A DNA stretch of 64,000 nt from a virus: positions 1 to 64,000 of the IMG/VR virus record IMGVR_UViG_3300032224_000679; one strand, written 5' to 3'. The notes under the pieces are model-generated. The model was not told where the DNA came from and did not search any database. It saw nothing but the letters and a program-made list of their open reading frames with translations. This document shows, in pieces, positions 55,022 through 63,808 of this stretch; position 1 is the stretch's first letter, and each line of letters begins with the position of its first letter. The position numbers and the translations under genes were made by a program.

Positions 55022-57475
55022 ATGCCAACATTATATAATGCAGACTTAAAGCCTTTAGGTAATGGTGTGAAAACTCACCCTTATCAACATGCCACTAAAT
55101 TATTTTTAGATGACAATTATAGGCTTGCACCAAAACAAAGTTTTTTATACTATGTCTGTATTAACATCGATGTTGGTATATTACAAAGTATTTTGTCAGG
55201 TGGGTATTCGGACCCAGCCAGTAGTCAAGATTTAGTTGAGCAATACGAGACTGGGTTATTAGTAAAACGGGTAGACTTACCTAGATTTTCAATGACCACT
55301 AAAACTATGAATGCTTATAATAGAAAAAATATTATACAGACTGGCATTACATACGATCCCATTTCCATGTCGTTCCACGATGATGTTGCTGATGTTGTCA
55401 CCACATTCTGGAATGATTACTATACTTACTACTACAGAGACAGCGATTACGACCCCACTCTTTATCAAGTACCGCACAAGTATCAACCTAGACTTAGAGA
55501 AGGATGGGGTTACAGTCCAAGAAATCGAACACTAAGACCTTTTCTTCGAAACATACAAATTTTTAGTTTACACAATAAAAGATTTACAGAATATCTTTTA
55601 ATAAACCCGTTTATAACTAATTGGCGTCACGGCGAACATAATTCTACAGGCGACACTGGTATTATGGAAAATACAATGACTGTGGCCTATGAAACAGTCA
55701 AGTACAAAACTGGTTATGTTAATCCTGTTGACGTAAACGGATTTGCTTTGTTGCATTATGATAATACAGATAGTCCTATATCAACCAGTGTTACAAACAT
55801 ATACTCTGATGCAGGATTGGTAGGCAGCATTGCTGGGGCGCCCAAGGACCTTGCAAGGCCAGATGGCACTACGGGTGGTGCTGGATTGTTTGGATCTATA
55901 CTGAGTGCATATAGGGCATATCAAGGATTAAAGAAAGCAAACCTACAGTCATTGGCTAAGGTAACTTTAGCATCCATAGGCGTGAATGTTTTAAATGGTG
56001 CAATTAACGGAGCACTAAACAGTATTTTTGTTCCTACTGCTGGCAGTGTACCAGGTTATGGAGGCAACTATAGTGGAAGTCAAGTTGGTGTCCCGTTGCT
56101 GGCATCTACGTTCAGTCCATATGGTTCACCAATGGCATCGTCAGGAATTTCTATTAATGGTCTTGCTTCATCTATAGTAGCAGGCATAGGATTAAATTTT
56201 AATCCTGCAACAAATAATAGTTATGCAAGGGGAGTGAACCAAAATAGCGGAGTTCCAACTTATAATCCAGTGTTTGACGCTAGGAATAATAATGGCGCTA
56301 TTGCAATTAATCCAAGTACTGGCCAACCTGTAACAGGAACTTATACATCTCAAGTAATTAACGTAGATGGGGAAGTAGTAAGTTCAACAAGTAATAAAGT
56401 ATCGGGATATGGCGGATATAACAGTAATGACCCTAACGTAAACGCCGCAACTACAGAAATTATTCAAGATGAATCTGGCCAAACCAATATAAGACGCACG
56501 TACTTAGACGGCACACAAATAACATTTGACGCAAGCAATAATGTATTGAATACTGTACCTGGTTCTGCTAATGTAGTGTTTGGTAGCCCAACAGATACAA
56601 GATCATTGGCTGCAGGGGGATCAATTATAAACCCTGGTCAGCCTCAATACTATACAGATCCTAGATCAGGTATAACTTACACAGTTAACGGTGGTACAGC
56701 AGGTAAAGTCACCAATGCTATAACAGGAACAGCAGGTACTGCGGCTGGTCTATATGCTGGCTATGAAGTTAATCAATATTTAAGTGGCACATTCTTAGGT
56801 AAATCGGTTATTGGTAGAACTGTGTCTGCTGGTATTAGTGGATATGCAGGTAAAGTAATTGGCACAGCAGTCAACAACGGGTTACAACCTATTGTCAATC
56901 AAGTTACTGGATCTATCTCGCAAGGGTTTGATAGTTTGACTGGAAAGATTAAAAACGTAGTAAGTTCGTGGACTGGCACTGGCGGCTATAATCCTTCTAA
57001 ACCAACAGAGAATGTTGCGTTCCCTCCAACTGTTGATGAAATTGGTAATAAAACAACTACATACAAAGACGGGACCGTAGTTAACGTATCGCCTGACGGA
57101 GTTGAAACTATAGTTAACAAAGGGTCCAGTTCAAATTCATTTAGTGACTTCTTTAATAAAACACCTGGAACTAATGTTGATACTTCAGCTACTATTCGTG
57201 GTAGCACCTACGGCGGTTATGTAACTGACCGTGACGGTAATCCTATTAGAACAGCCGACGGCTATTTGACATACGGTTCAGGTCCTGGCACTGTTGTAGA
57301 TCCTGGGTATAACATTACTCCGGTGCTAAACGAGTCTACTGGTCAACCAATATTCTCGAGTGATGCTGGGTGGAATCCTTCTCCAGAATCTACAGACGCA
57401 ATAGATACTTCGTTAACTGACACAGCAGGTAACAATGATTATAATGATAATTATTTCAGTGAAGATGCTGGTTAA
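55022..57475 (+). CDS. Tube-fold baseplate/tube-initiator protein (gp48/gp54-like) with a long low-complexity extension
   Basis: VKRVDLP, YNRK..IQT.I.YDPI...FHDD, NPFITNW.H, TMTVAYE resemble the tube fold; ~570-aa Gly/Ser/Thr/Asn tail. Confidence 0.7.
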   Translation: MPTLYNADLKPLGNGVKTHPYQHATKLFLDDNYRLAPKQSFLYYVCINIDVGILQSILSGGYSDPASSQDLVEQYETGLLVKRVDLPRFSMTTKTMNAYNRKNIIQTGITYDPISMSFHDDVADVVTTFWNDYYTYYYRDSDYDPTLYQVPHKYQPRLREGWGYSPRNRTLRPFLRNIQIFSLHNKRFTEYLLINPFITNWRHGEHNSTGDTGIMENTMTVAYETVKYKTGYVNPVDVNGFALLHYDNTDSPISTSVTNIYSDAGLVGSIAGAPKDLARPDGTTGGAGLFGSILSAYRAYQGLKKANLQSLAKVTLASIGVNVLNGAINGALNSIFVPTAGSVPGYGGNYSGSQVGVPLLASTFSPYGSPMASSGISINGLASSIVAGIGLNFNPATNNSYARGVNQNSGVPTYNPVFDARNNNGAIAINPSTGQPVTGTYTSQVINVDGEVVSSTSNKVSGYGGYNSNDPNVNAATTEIIQDESGQTNIRRTYLDGTQITFDASNNVLNTVPGSANVVFGSPTDTRSLAAGGSIINPGQPQYYTDPRSGITYTVNGGTAGKVTNAITGTAGTAAGLYAGYEVNQYLSGTFLGKSVIGRTVSAGISGYAGKVIGTAVNNGLQPIVNQVTGSISQGFDSLTGKIKNVVSSWTGTGGYNPSKPTENVAFPPTVDEIGNKTTTYKDGTVVNVSPDGVETIVNKGSSSNSFSDFFNKTPGTNVDTSATIRGSTYGGYVTDRDGNPIRTADGYLTYGSGPGTVVDPGYNITPVLNESTGQPIFSSDAGWNPSPESTDAIDTSLTDTAGNNDYNDNYFSEDAG

Positions 57476-57486
57476 GAAAGAAAATT

Positions 57487-57864
57487 ATGGACGCAACTAA
57501 CCCACAACAACCCAGTAACTTAAATAGCTCAGGTACTAATAATACCACGAGATTTTTCAACAACTTTTTCATACCTGCTTATACAGTAAGTTCAAACGTC
57601 AACGATGCTATTGTCAGTTACTTTCAACAACAAACAGGCAGTTTAGAGAGTGCCAAGCTATTGTCACAAACAGTCATCAATACTGCACAAGCACAGAGAA
57701 CAGATCCACTGACTATATTAAATGAATTTCAAAAATTATCTAGTAATCAAATAAATGCATTGCTAGCACTTTATTTGAATAGCTCTAGAGTTAACACAAG
57801 TTTATTAGGTGTTAAAAATACACCCAAGCCTAATAAATTTATCACCAGAACAATCTTAGCATAA
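57487..57864 (+). CDS. Hypothetical protein (tail module)
   Basis: 125-aa ORF translationally coupled to the gp4-like gene. Confidence 0.7.
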   Translation: MDATNPQQPSNLNSSGTNNTTRFFNNFFIPAYTVSSNVNDAIVSYFQQQTGSLESAKLLSQTVINTAQAQRTDPLTILNEFQKLSSNQINALLALYLNSSRVNTSLLGVKNTPKPNKFITRTILA

Positions 57865-58298
57865 TGGCCAAATATATTCAAGGTAAGTTTCAAGTTAAGC
57901 ATCCTGAAAAGTACATAGGCAAAGGCGCACCTACCTATCGTAGTAGTTGGGAATTTGCTTTTATGAATTTTTGTGATAATAATCCAGCAGTAGTGCAATG
58001 GGCCAGCGAAGCCATACATATAAACTATAAAAATCCTTTTACAAATAAGAATACCATCTATGTGCCAGACTTTCTTATCATTTATATAGATAAAAATGGA
58101 ACACGCCACGGCGAAGTTGTGGAAGTTAAACCTACCAAAGAAACAAATCTCAATGAAGCTAAGAGTATGCGGGACAAAGCCGCAGTGGCTCTTAATATGT
58201 ACAAGTGGGAAGCAGCTCGTAAGTTCTGCGCCGCACAAGGATTAAAGTTTAGAATAGTAACAGAATCCGATATTTTTGCGGGTACCAAATCCAAATAA
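57864..58298 (+). CDS. Head completion nuclease, T4 gp4-like (TnsA-type PD-(D/E)xK fold)
   Basis: PEKYIG, YRSSWE..FM.FCD, WASE, YVPDF, VEVKP, KWEAA, FRIVTE. Confidence 0.9.
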   Translation: MAKYIQGKFQVKHPEKYIGKGAPTYRSSWEFAFMNFCDNNPAVVQWASEAIHINYKNPFTNKNTIYVPDFLIIYIDKNGTRHGEVVEVKPTKETNLNEAKSMRDKAAVALNMYKWEAARKFCAAQGLKFRIVTESDIFAGTKSK

Positions 58299-58301
58299 AT
58301 A
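58296..58301 (+). promoter_or_regulatory. Late promoter motif TAAATA, 5 nt before ATG
   Basis: TAAATA-ttggt-ATG(58307); overlaps the upstream stop codon. Confidence 0.6.
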
Positions 58302-58306
58302 TTGGT

Positions 58307-58801
58307 ATGACCAAAAAACTTGAAGAACTTTTTAACTTACCTGAAAAACTGCCTGAAGATGTTACTATGGAACAAGCAGTTGCAGCCGCAGAAGAACACA
58401 AAACTGTGTTCAAAGACATAGACACAGCAATCGATAAAATTGACGAAGCGTTACCACGTGTTAGAGATTTAGACACTAGCGACCAAGAATTAGACGAACT
58501 AGCCAATTTAGCCAAAGGTAAGTTTGAGGACTTAATGGACTTAGGTATGAACATGGAAGCACGTTTTAGCGGGCAAGTATTCCAAACAGCTGGGGTATTG
58601 TTGGGGCATGCTATCACTGCTAAACAAGCCAAATTAGACAAAAAACTACGTATGGTAGACCTACAGTTAAAGAAAATGAGACTGGATCACCAAATGAAAC
58701 AAGACGGTGCAAAGCCTGGAGAAGCTGCTATAGACGGCGAGGGTGTTGTACTGGATCGCAATGCATTACTAGCTCAAATAATGAGCAAACCCAAGCAATA
58801 A
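58307..58801 (+). CDS. Helical protein, candidate terminase small subunit (gp16-like)
   Basis: 164 aa, two long central helices, C-terminal strand + helix (VVLDRNALL); size and layout fit gp16 but no diagnostic motif. Confidence 0.45.
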   Translation: MTKKLEELFNLPEKLPEDVTMEQAVAAAEEHKTVFKDIDTAIDKIDEALPRVRDLDTSDQELDELANLAKGKFEDLMDLGMNMEARFSGQVFQTAGVLLGHAITAKQAKLDKKLRMVDLQLKKMRLDHQMKQDGAKPGEAAIDGEGVVLDRNALLAQIMSKPKQ

Positions 58802-58815
58802 TTATCAAAACCTGA

Positions 58816-58821
58816 TAAATA
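58816..58821 (+). promoter_or_regulatory. Late promoter motif TAAATA
   Basis: Upstream of SD AGGA and ATG 58841. Confidence 0.6.
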
Positions 58822-58840
58822 TCTAATAATAGGAATTACT

Positions 58841-59476
58841 ATGAAGTCGTTTACCACATACTTAACAGAGTCCGCTAGGACTTATGATTTTAGAATTAGA
58901 ATCGCCTGCGAAATGACAGATGATGTTGTTAACAAGATCAAATCTGTATTAGAAGCATATAAAGTCGAATCTATTACTAAACCAAAAAGATTACCAATTC
59001 AAGAGAGTCCGTTGTTCCCTAATATGGGTCCAGTAGAAGTAAACATCATGGATGTGTGCTTATGCTACCCTACTACAGATGCAAAAGTTTTAAATTTAAT
59101 TGCAGAGTGCGGGTGTGCTCCTGCAAATTGTATTAAAGTTACTCCAACTAATAGTCCATTTGAAGCTACTCTAGCTGGACTGGAACAAAGCAATTTACAA
59201 AAGCCAGGCGAAAGTGTTTTAATGACTCCAGACATGGTCACAGAAAAACATGCTCCCGACTTAGTGGGCGATGCACGTATTCCTAGTTTAATCAAAGAAC
59301 TTGAAGACACTCGTAAGTATGAGTATCCAGAAGCTGCTGGCGGCAAAGAGAAAGACAAAAGTCTTGCTGATCACGGCACATTAAACAAAGTACCAGTGGG
59401 ACAAATCAGTCCCATTGGCACACATCAGAACAAAGTCATTAGACCTCGTGACATGAAAGCAGGAAACGGAAGATAA
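58841..59476 (+). CDS. Probable internal head protein
   Basis: N-terminus MKSFTTYLTE resembles T4 internal-protein capsid-targeting sequences. Confidence 0.6.
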   Translation: MKSFTTYLTESARTYDFRIRIACEMTDDVVNKIKSVLEAYKVESITKPKRLPIQESPLFPNMGPVEVNIMDVCLCYPTTDAKVLNLIAECGCAPANCIKVTPTNSPFEATLAGLEQSNLQKPGESVLMTPDMVTEKHAPDLVGDARIPSLIKELEDTRKYEYPEAAGGKEKDKSLADHGTLNKVPVGQISPIGTHQNKVIRPRDMKAGNGR

Positions 59477-59477
59477 T

Positions 59478-62366
59478 ATGAATAATAACAACAACCTATA
59501 TAATATACTAAACAACTTTAACAAACTGTCTGAATCAGACACACCGAAGCCTGCTACTGAATCTAAGCCTAAAACATTGTTAGAATCGACAATGGAAGAA
59601 GTACTGCAAGAAAAGTACATGGGTTTTAAAAAGACAGTCGGTGCATTGAAAAAACAAGGCGGCATCGAAGACCCCGAAGCTCTTGCCGCAAGCATTGGTC
59701 GTAAAAAATACGGAAAGAAAGCATTTCAAAAAGCCGCGGCTGCTGGCAAGAAAATGGGCGAAGAAGTTACTCCACCAAAGACTTATGGCGGACAAGGACC
59801 AGAAGGACAGAAGTTTGACATTTATATGCAAAATCGTAAAGACGCATTAGATAAACAACGTCCAGCACCTGTACCAGTAGTAAAACCCATGGGCGAGGGT
59901 GATATGGAAGAAGGCAACGAGTTCAGTGGCAATCGTGATAAAGCTATCAAATCTGGACAAGATGAATTCAAAGTAGACGGCAAGACTTATCCTGTTAAAG
60001 AAAATGGCCTACAACGCCACATTGGTATCAAGAAGTACACTAAAAAAGGTTTTGAAGAATTACAAGCCGCAGGCCGTGAAGGTGCTGACGAAGAAGAAAA
60101 AGGTCGCATCAAAGATCGATACATTAAGAAAGTAAAAGAAAATCGTGATGCATACCAAAGAGATTATGACAGTAGCGTAAGCGGTATGGGTACAGACCAT
60201 GAGTTTAGAAATCGTGAACGCAATGCTGGTCTTGAAGATGAAAAGAATAATTATGCAGTATACATAGATGGTCGACAATGGAAAGTATTTGCTGACAGGC
60301 GTCAAGCAGAAAACATTGCCAGAAGTTTAACAAACAAAGGTAAAAAAGCAGAGGTGTATGTTACTGGTGCAAATGTATCGGAAGAAAGCGATTGGTCAAA
60401 CCTAGGTGCTGAATACCGTAGCACCAAGCCTGGCACCAAAGAGCCAACACACACTGGCGAAAAAGAATACTTCAAAGGTGGCGTTAAACATACCAAAGAT
60501 TATGATAGAGAAGTTAGCCACACAGCAGCCACAGGAGAAAAACGTGGACGTGGTCGTCCTAAGAAGTCACAGTTTGAAGGTCACTATACTATCGATCAAC
60601 TAATTGCAGAAGCATTTGGCGAAGAAGATCAAGAACAATCATTAAACTACGAACAAGATCAATTACGTAATGCTATCGGTGACGACTTGTTTGCAGAATT
60701 ACAACGTTCGGTTAGTAATGGAGATTACGATTTCGGTGATGATTTATTCCAAACATTATATGATCACTATTTTGATGAAATGCCTCCGGGTACAAGAAAA
60801 GCCCGCGACGGAGATCCTTACGAATGGATTGGTGATAAGATAGGTGAAGTGTTCTCCGATGATTCATTGAAAGAAGGTGGCTGGCAAGACATCGACGATC
60901 GCAGTGCCCCGCCTAAAGGTGCAAAACAAGAGATTAAAACTATAGAACCAGGTAGTGCAATCAGAGTAGACCCTAACTACAAAGATCCAACAACTACCAA
61001 AGCGCCAACAAAATCTCCATCGATGATGGACAAAGTTACACAGTCGGCAGGGCGTACCCCACCATATATGCCTGAAAAACCCACAAAGGCAGACAATGGA
61101 ATGGGCCGCATAGTACAAGGCACATGGCAAGCGGATCCCAAAGGCACAGTTAAAGCACCTAGCGGTGATCCAGAAGGGGTCAAAGAATCTAATCCACAAC
61201 CAGGACAAGACTTTACTACTACTCAAGGGGCACAGATGAAATATAACCCAACTAGCGGTAGTTGGCAACAACAAGCTCCTGTAACTCCCAATGATCCATA
61301 TACAAGCATTAGTACCAAGTCAACTATGAATACTAAAGATGTCAATGGTAAACCAACAACAGATTACACAAACACTACAACAGCAACTGATCCAGCTACT
61401 GGAAAAACGCAAAGTATGACTACAACTGATGACGATGCAAATGAGGATATAATGATGACAAATGAACTAGCAGAGATGATGCGTCTAGCTGGCATGACAG
61501 AAAGCAAAAAAGCCAAACCCGACTACTTAGACTTTGACAAAGACGGCGACAAAAAAGAACCAATGAAGCAAGCTCTTAAAGACAAAAAAGTTGACGAGTC
61601 AGAAGAAAAAGCTGATAAAGATTACGATGGCGATGGCAAGATTGAATCTGGTAAAGATGAATATCTAGGCAGCAAAATTGCAGCCGCTAAGAAAGCTGGC
61701 AAATTAAAAGAAGGTACTTGCAAGAGTTGCCACAAAGATCCATGTGTTTGCAAAGAAGAAAAATGCATGGAGTGCGGCATGTATGAAAGCAAATGCAAGT
61801 GTGATGAAAGTATGTCAGAAGCATTAAATCAAATGCGTAGAATTGCTGGATTGAAAGAATGTGACATGAGTCCTATCTCTGGCGCAGCTGGCGACATGCA
61901 ACAGCAACAAGGTAAGATGAACATCAGTACTAACATGAGCAGCGACGGTAACAAGAGTGTTACAATTACTGCTGATGGCGACTCTGCACTAGAACTAATG
62001 CAAATGCTTAAACTAGCTGGTATGGCTGCACACGGCGAAGTAGAAGTAGAAGTTGACGAAGAATCAGAGTCGCCAACACCAAGTACAGACGGCACTACTT
62101 CTTCTCCTACTCCTACTCCTATGCCACCCACTACAGGCGGTGAAGTAGAAGAAGCCAAAGATCCACGCTATCACGCTAATACTACACCAGAAGAACATGT
62201 TTATCCGGAACAAGTTCTAACCAGAGGCGGTAATGGTGATGTTGCTGGTAGAAATAAACAAATGCACAAAGATGGTTACCAATTTGGCGACAATCCAATG
62301 GCAATGAAAGAAAGCATGGGTTTAAAGTTCATGAAAGAATACGAAGGTATTAAGGTCAAAAAATGA
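59478..62366 (+). CDS. Large charged, modular probable internal head / core protein (962 aa)
   Basis: Many hydrophobic-X-E sites, three M..[LI]AG[LM] motifs, AT-hook KRGRGRPKK, DxDxDG repeats, Cys cluster. Confidence 0.7.
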   Translation: MNNNNNLYNILNNFNKLSESDTPKPATESKPKTLLESTMEEVLQEKYMGFKKTVGALKKQGGIEDPEALAASIGRKKYGKKAFQKAAAAGKKMGEEVTPPKTYGGQGPEGQKFDIYMQNRKDALDKQRPAPVPVVKPMGEGDMEEGNEFSGNRDKAIKSGQDEFKVDGKTYPVKENGLQRHIGIKKYTKKGFEELQAAGREGADEEEKGRIKDRYIKKVKENRDAYQRDYDSSVSGMGTDHEFRNRERNAGLEDEKNNYAVYIDGRQWKVFADRRQAENIARSLTNKGKKAEVYVTGANVSEESDWSNLGAEYRSTKPGTKEPTHTGEKEYFKGGVKHTKDYDREVSHTAATGEKRGRGRPKKSQFEGHYTIDQLIAEAFGEEDQEQSLNYEQDQLRNAIGDDLFAELQRSVSNGDYDFGDDLFQTLYDHYFDEMPPGTRKARDGDPYEWIGDKIGEVFSDDSLKEGGWQDIDDRSAPPKGAKQEIKTIEPGSAIRVDPNYKDPTTTKAPTKSPSMMDKVTQSAGRTPPYMPEKPTKADNGMGRIVQGTWQADPKGTVKAPSGDPEGVKESNPQPGQDFTTTQGAQMKYNPTSGSWQQQAPVTPNDPYTSISTKSTMNTKDVNGKPTTDYTNTTTATDPATGKTQSMTTTDDDANEDIMMTNELAEMMRLAGMTESKKAKPDYLDFDKDGDKKEPMKQALKDKKVDESEEKADKDYDGDGKIESGKDEYLGSKIAAAKKAGKLKEGTCKSCHKDPCVCKEEKCMECGMYESKCKCDESMSEALNQMRRIAGLKECDMSPISGAAGDMQQQQGKMNISTNMSSDGNKSVTITADGDSALELMQMLKLAGMAAHGEVEVEVDEESESPTPSTDGTTSSPTPTPMPPTTGGEVEEAKDPRYHANTTPEEHVYPEQVLTRGGNGDVAGRNKQMHKDGYQFGDNPMAMKESMGLKFMKEYEGIKVKK

Positions 62367-63052
62367 AAATACAAGAAGTCATTGTAAATGAAGATATCGA
62401 AATTGGAGACAGTTTCGATATTGAGCTGGGCAACATAGTTATTGAAACTGGCGTTGTTGGTTTCATGCACGATGGTATAATTGTAGAAGGCGATGAAAAA
62501 ACACTAGCCCTATTAGGAGTCAGCGGTGCATTACTGGAAGGTGTTAACAATTATATGGATACGGATCCAGCATCAGTAACTGCTAACAAAGCTAAAGAAT
62601 TTGATCAGGCTGCAAAACAAGCATTTAAGCCTGATACCCCAGGTTACTTTGATGATGAAGATCCTAACCCAAAAAAGATTCCACAATCCCAGCACTGGGC
62701 TGATCCTAATCCAAATGTCCAAAAAACTGTGCAAAATTACATGAATCGAAATTACATGGATTCTAAACCAGCAGCCGGGGCACAAGGCACCCAAGAGTCC
62801 AAAATAAAAAACGAAGCCAAATATCACGGCCGTGAAGTACCACTGGGTAAAAAGATGGCTGGTGATGTTAAAAAGTCTAAGGTCTATGTACGTGGTCCTA
62901 AAGGCAATGTAGTTAAAGTTAACTTTGGCGACAAGAAAATGCGTATTAAGAAAAGCAATCCTAAACGCCGTAGGAGTTTCAGAGCTCGCCACAACTGTGC
63001 CAATCCTGGTCCACGTTGGAAAGCACGTTACTGGTCATGCAGAAGTTGGTAA
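62363..63052 (+). CDS. Probable internal head protein with a basic C-terminal domain
   Basis: Starts MKIQEVIVNE; C-terminal KVNFGD..M.IKK..P.RRRSFRARHNC...ARYWSC. Confidence 0.7.
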   Translation: MKIQEVIVNEDIEIGDSFDIELGNIVIETGVVGFMHDGIIVEGDEKTLALLGVSGALLEGVNNYMDTDPASVTANKAKEFDQAAKQAFKPDTPGYFDDEDPNPKKIPQSQHWADPNPNVQKTVQNYMNRNYMDSKPAAGAQGTQESKIKNEAKYHGREVPLGKKMAGDVKKSKVYVRGPKGNVVKVNFGDKKMRIKKSNPKRRRSFRARHNCANPGPRWKARYWSCRSW

Positions 63053-63056
63053 ACAT

Positions 63057-63437
63057 ATGAAAATAAACGAAGTCATTGTAGAAGGCAGAGTCGGAAAAAG
63101 ACCTGAGCATGCAGAACATTCTCACGCAGGCGAATGGAAGTTCCGTGACAAAGGCGGCTACGACCGTGCCTACAACCTTAATCGTATTATGATGGCAACA
63201 GCCATGGCCGACGGTAAATCCGACAAACCAGTAGACATGGATCAAAGTAGTTGGGTTGAAAAATACAACGTTGCTCGTCCTTATACTAAAGAAGAACATA
63301 TGATGTTGAAGGCAGCATTTAACACAGTCGACAGCGAAGTAGAACACAGCGGACCTGATCATAAAAGTAGTGAGCACCCAGACACACATAAAGTAAGTCC
63401 AGTAACTAATCCTGGTCCTATCAAACGTAAAAAATGA
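63057..63437 (+). CDS. Probable internal head protein
   Basis: Likely start ATG 63057 (MKINEVIVEG); similar to the next gene (Y..R..MA.A.A core). Confidence 0.7.
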   Translation: MKINEVIVEGRVGKRPEHAEHSHAGEWKFRDKGGYDRAYNLNRIMMATAMADGKSDKPVDMDQSSWVEKYNVARPYTKEEHMMLKAAFNTVDSEVEHSGPDHKSSEHPDTHKVSPVTNPGPIKRKK

Positions 63438-63808
63438 AAATCAAAGAAGTAATCTTAGAAGGCGGTACTGGTAGTTTGTCACCAGCAGTGGCTCGTGCTA
63501 TGCCTACTACGTGGGAACTTCCTGCACTACCAAATCAAGATCCTTACTTACAGTATAGAATGGGTATTGCTATGGCCAGCGCACGTAGCAATGAACCTAT
63601 GGAAACTAAAAGTGCATTTGGTGAAAATATGAGCATTGTTGGATACACAGATGCCGACGACGAAACAGTTGAGCTTGCATTAAAAATCATGGGCAAAGAA
63701 TACGCCAAAGGTGCAAGATCTATTTCTACTAGAAAGTCTGAAGAAGCTACAGACGTAAACAAAACCAGCCCAACACCTGCTAAAAAGCGTAACAAATACG
63801 GTGTATGA
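63434..63808 (+). CDS. Probable internal head protein
   Basis: Starts MKIKEVILEG; ATGA overlap with the previous gene. Confidence 0.7.
   Translation: MKIKEVILEGGTGSLSPAVARAMPTTWELPALPNQDPYLQYRMGIAMASARSNEPMETKSAFGENMSIVGYTDADDETVELALKIMGKEYAKGARSISTRKSEEATDVNKTSPTPAKKRNKYGV

Noticed and set aside
57864-58298. TnsA transposase indicating a Tn7-like element
   Set aside because: The TnsA-like fold here matches the T4 gp4 head-completion family, and no other transposon genes or ends are present
62925-63056. N-terminal extension of the ORF 62925..63437
   Set aside because: It overlaps the upstream gene, and the MKINEVI start at 63057 matches the neighbouring genes' N-termini
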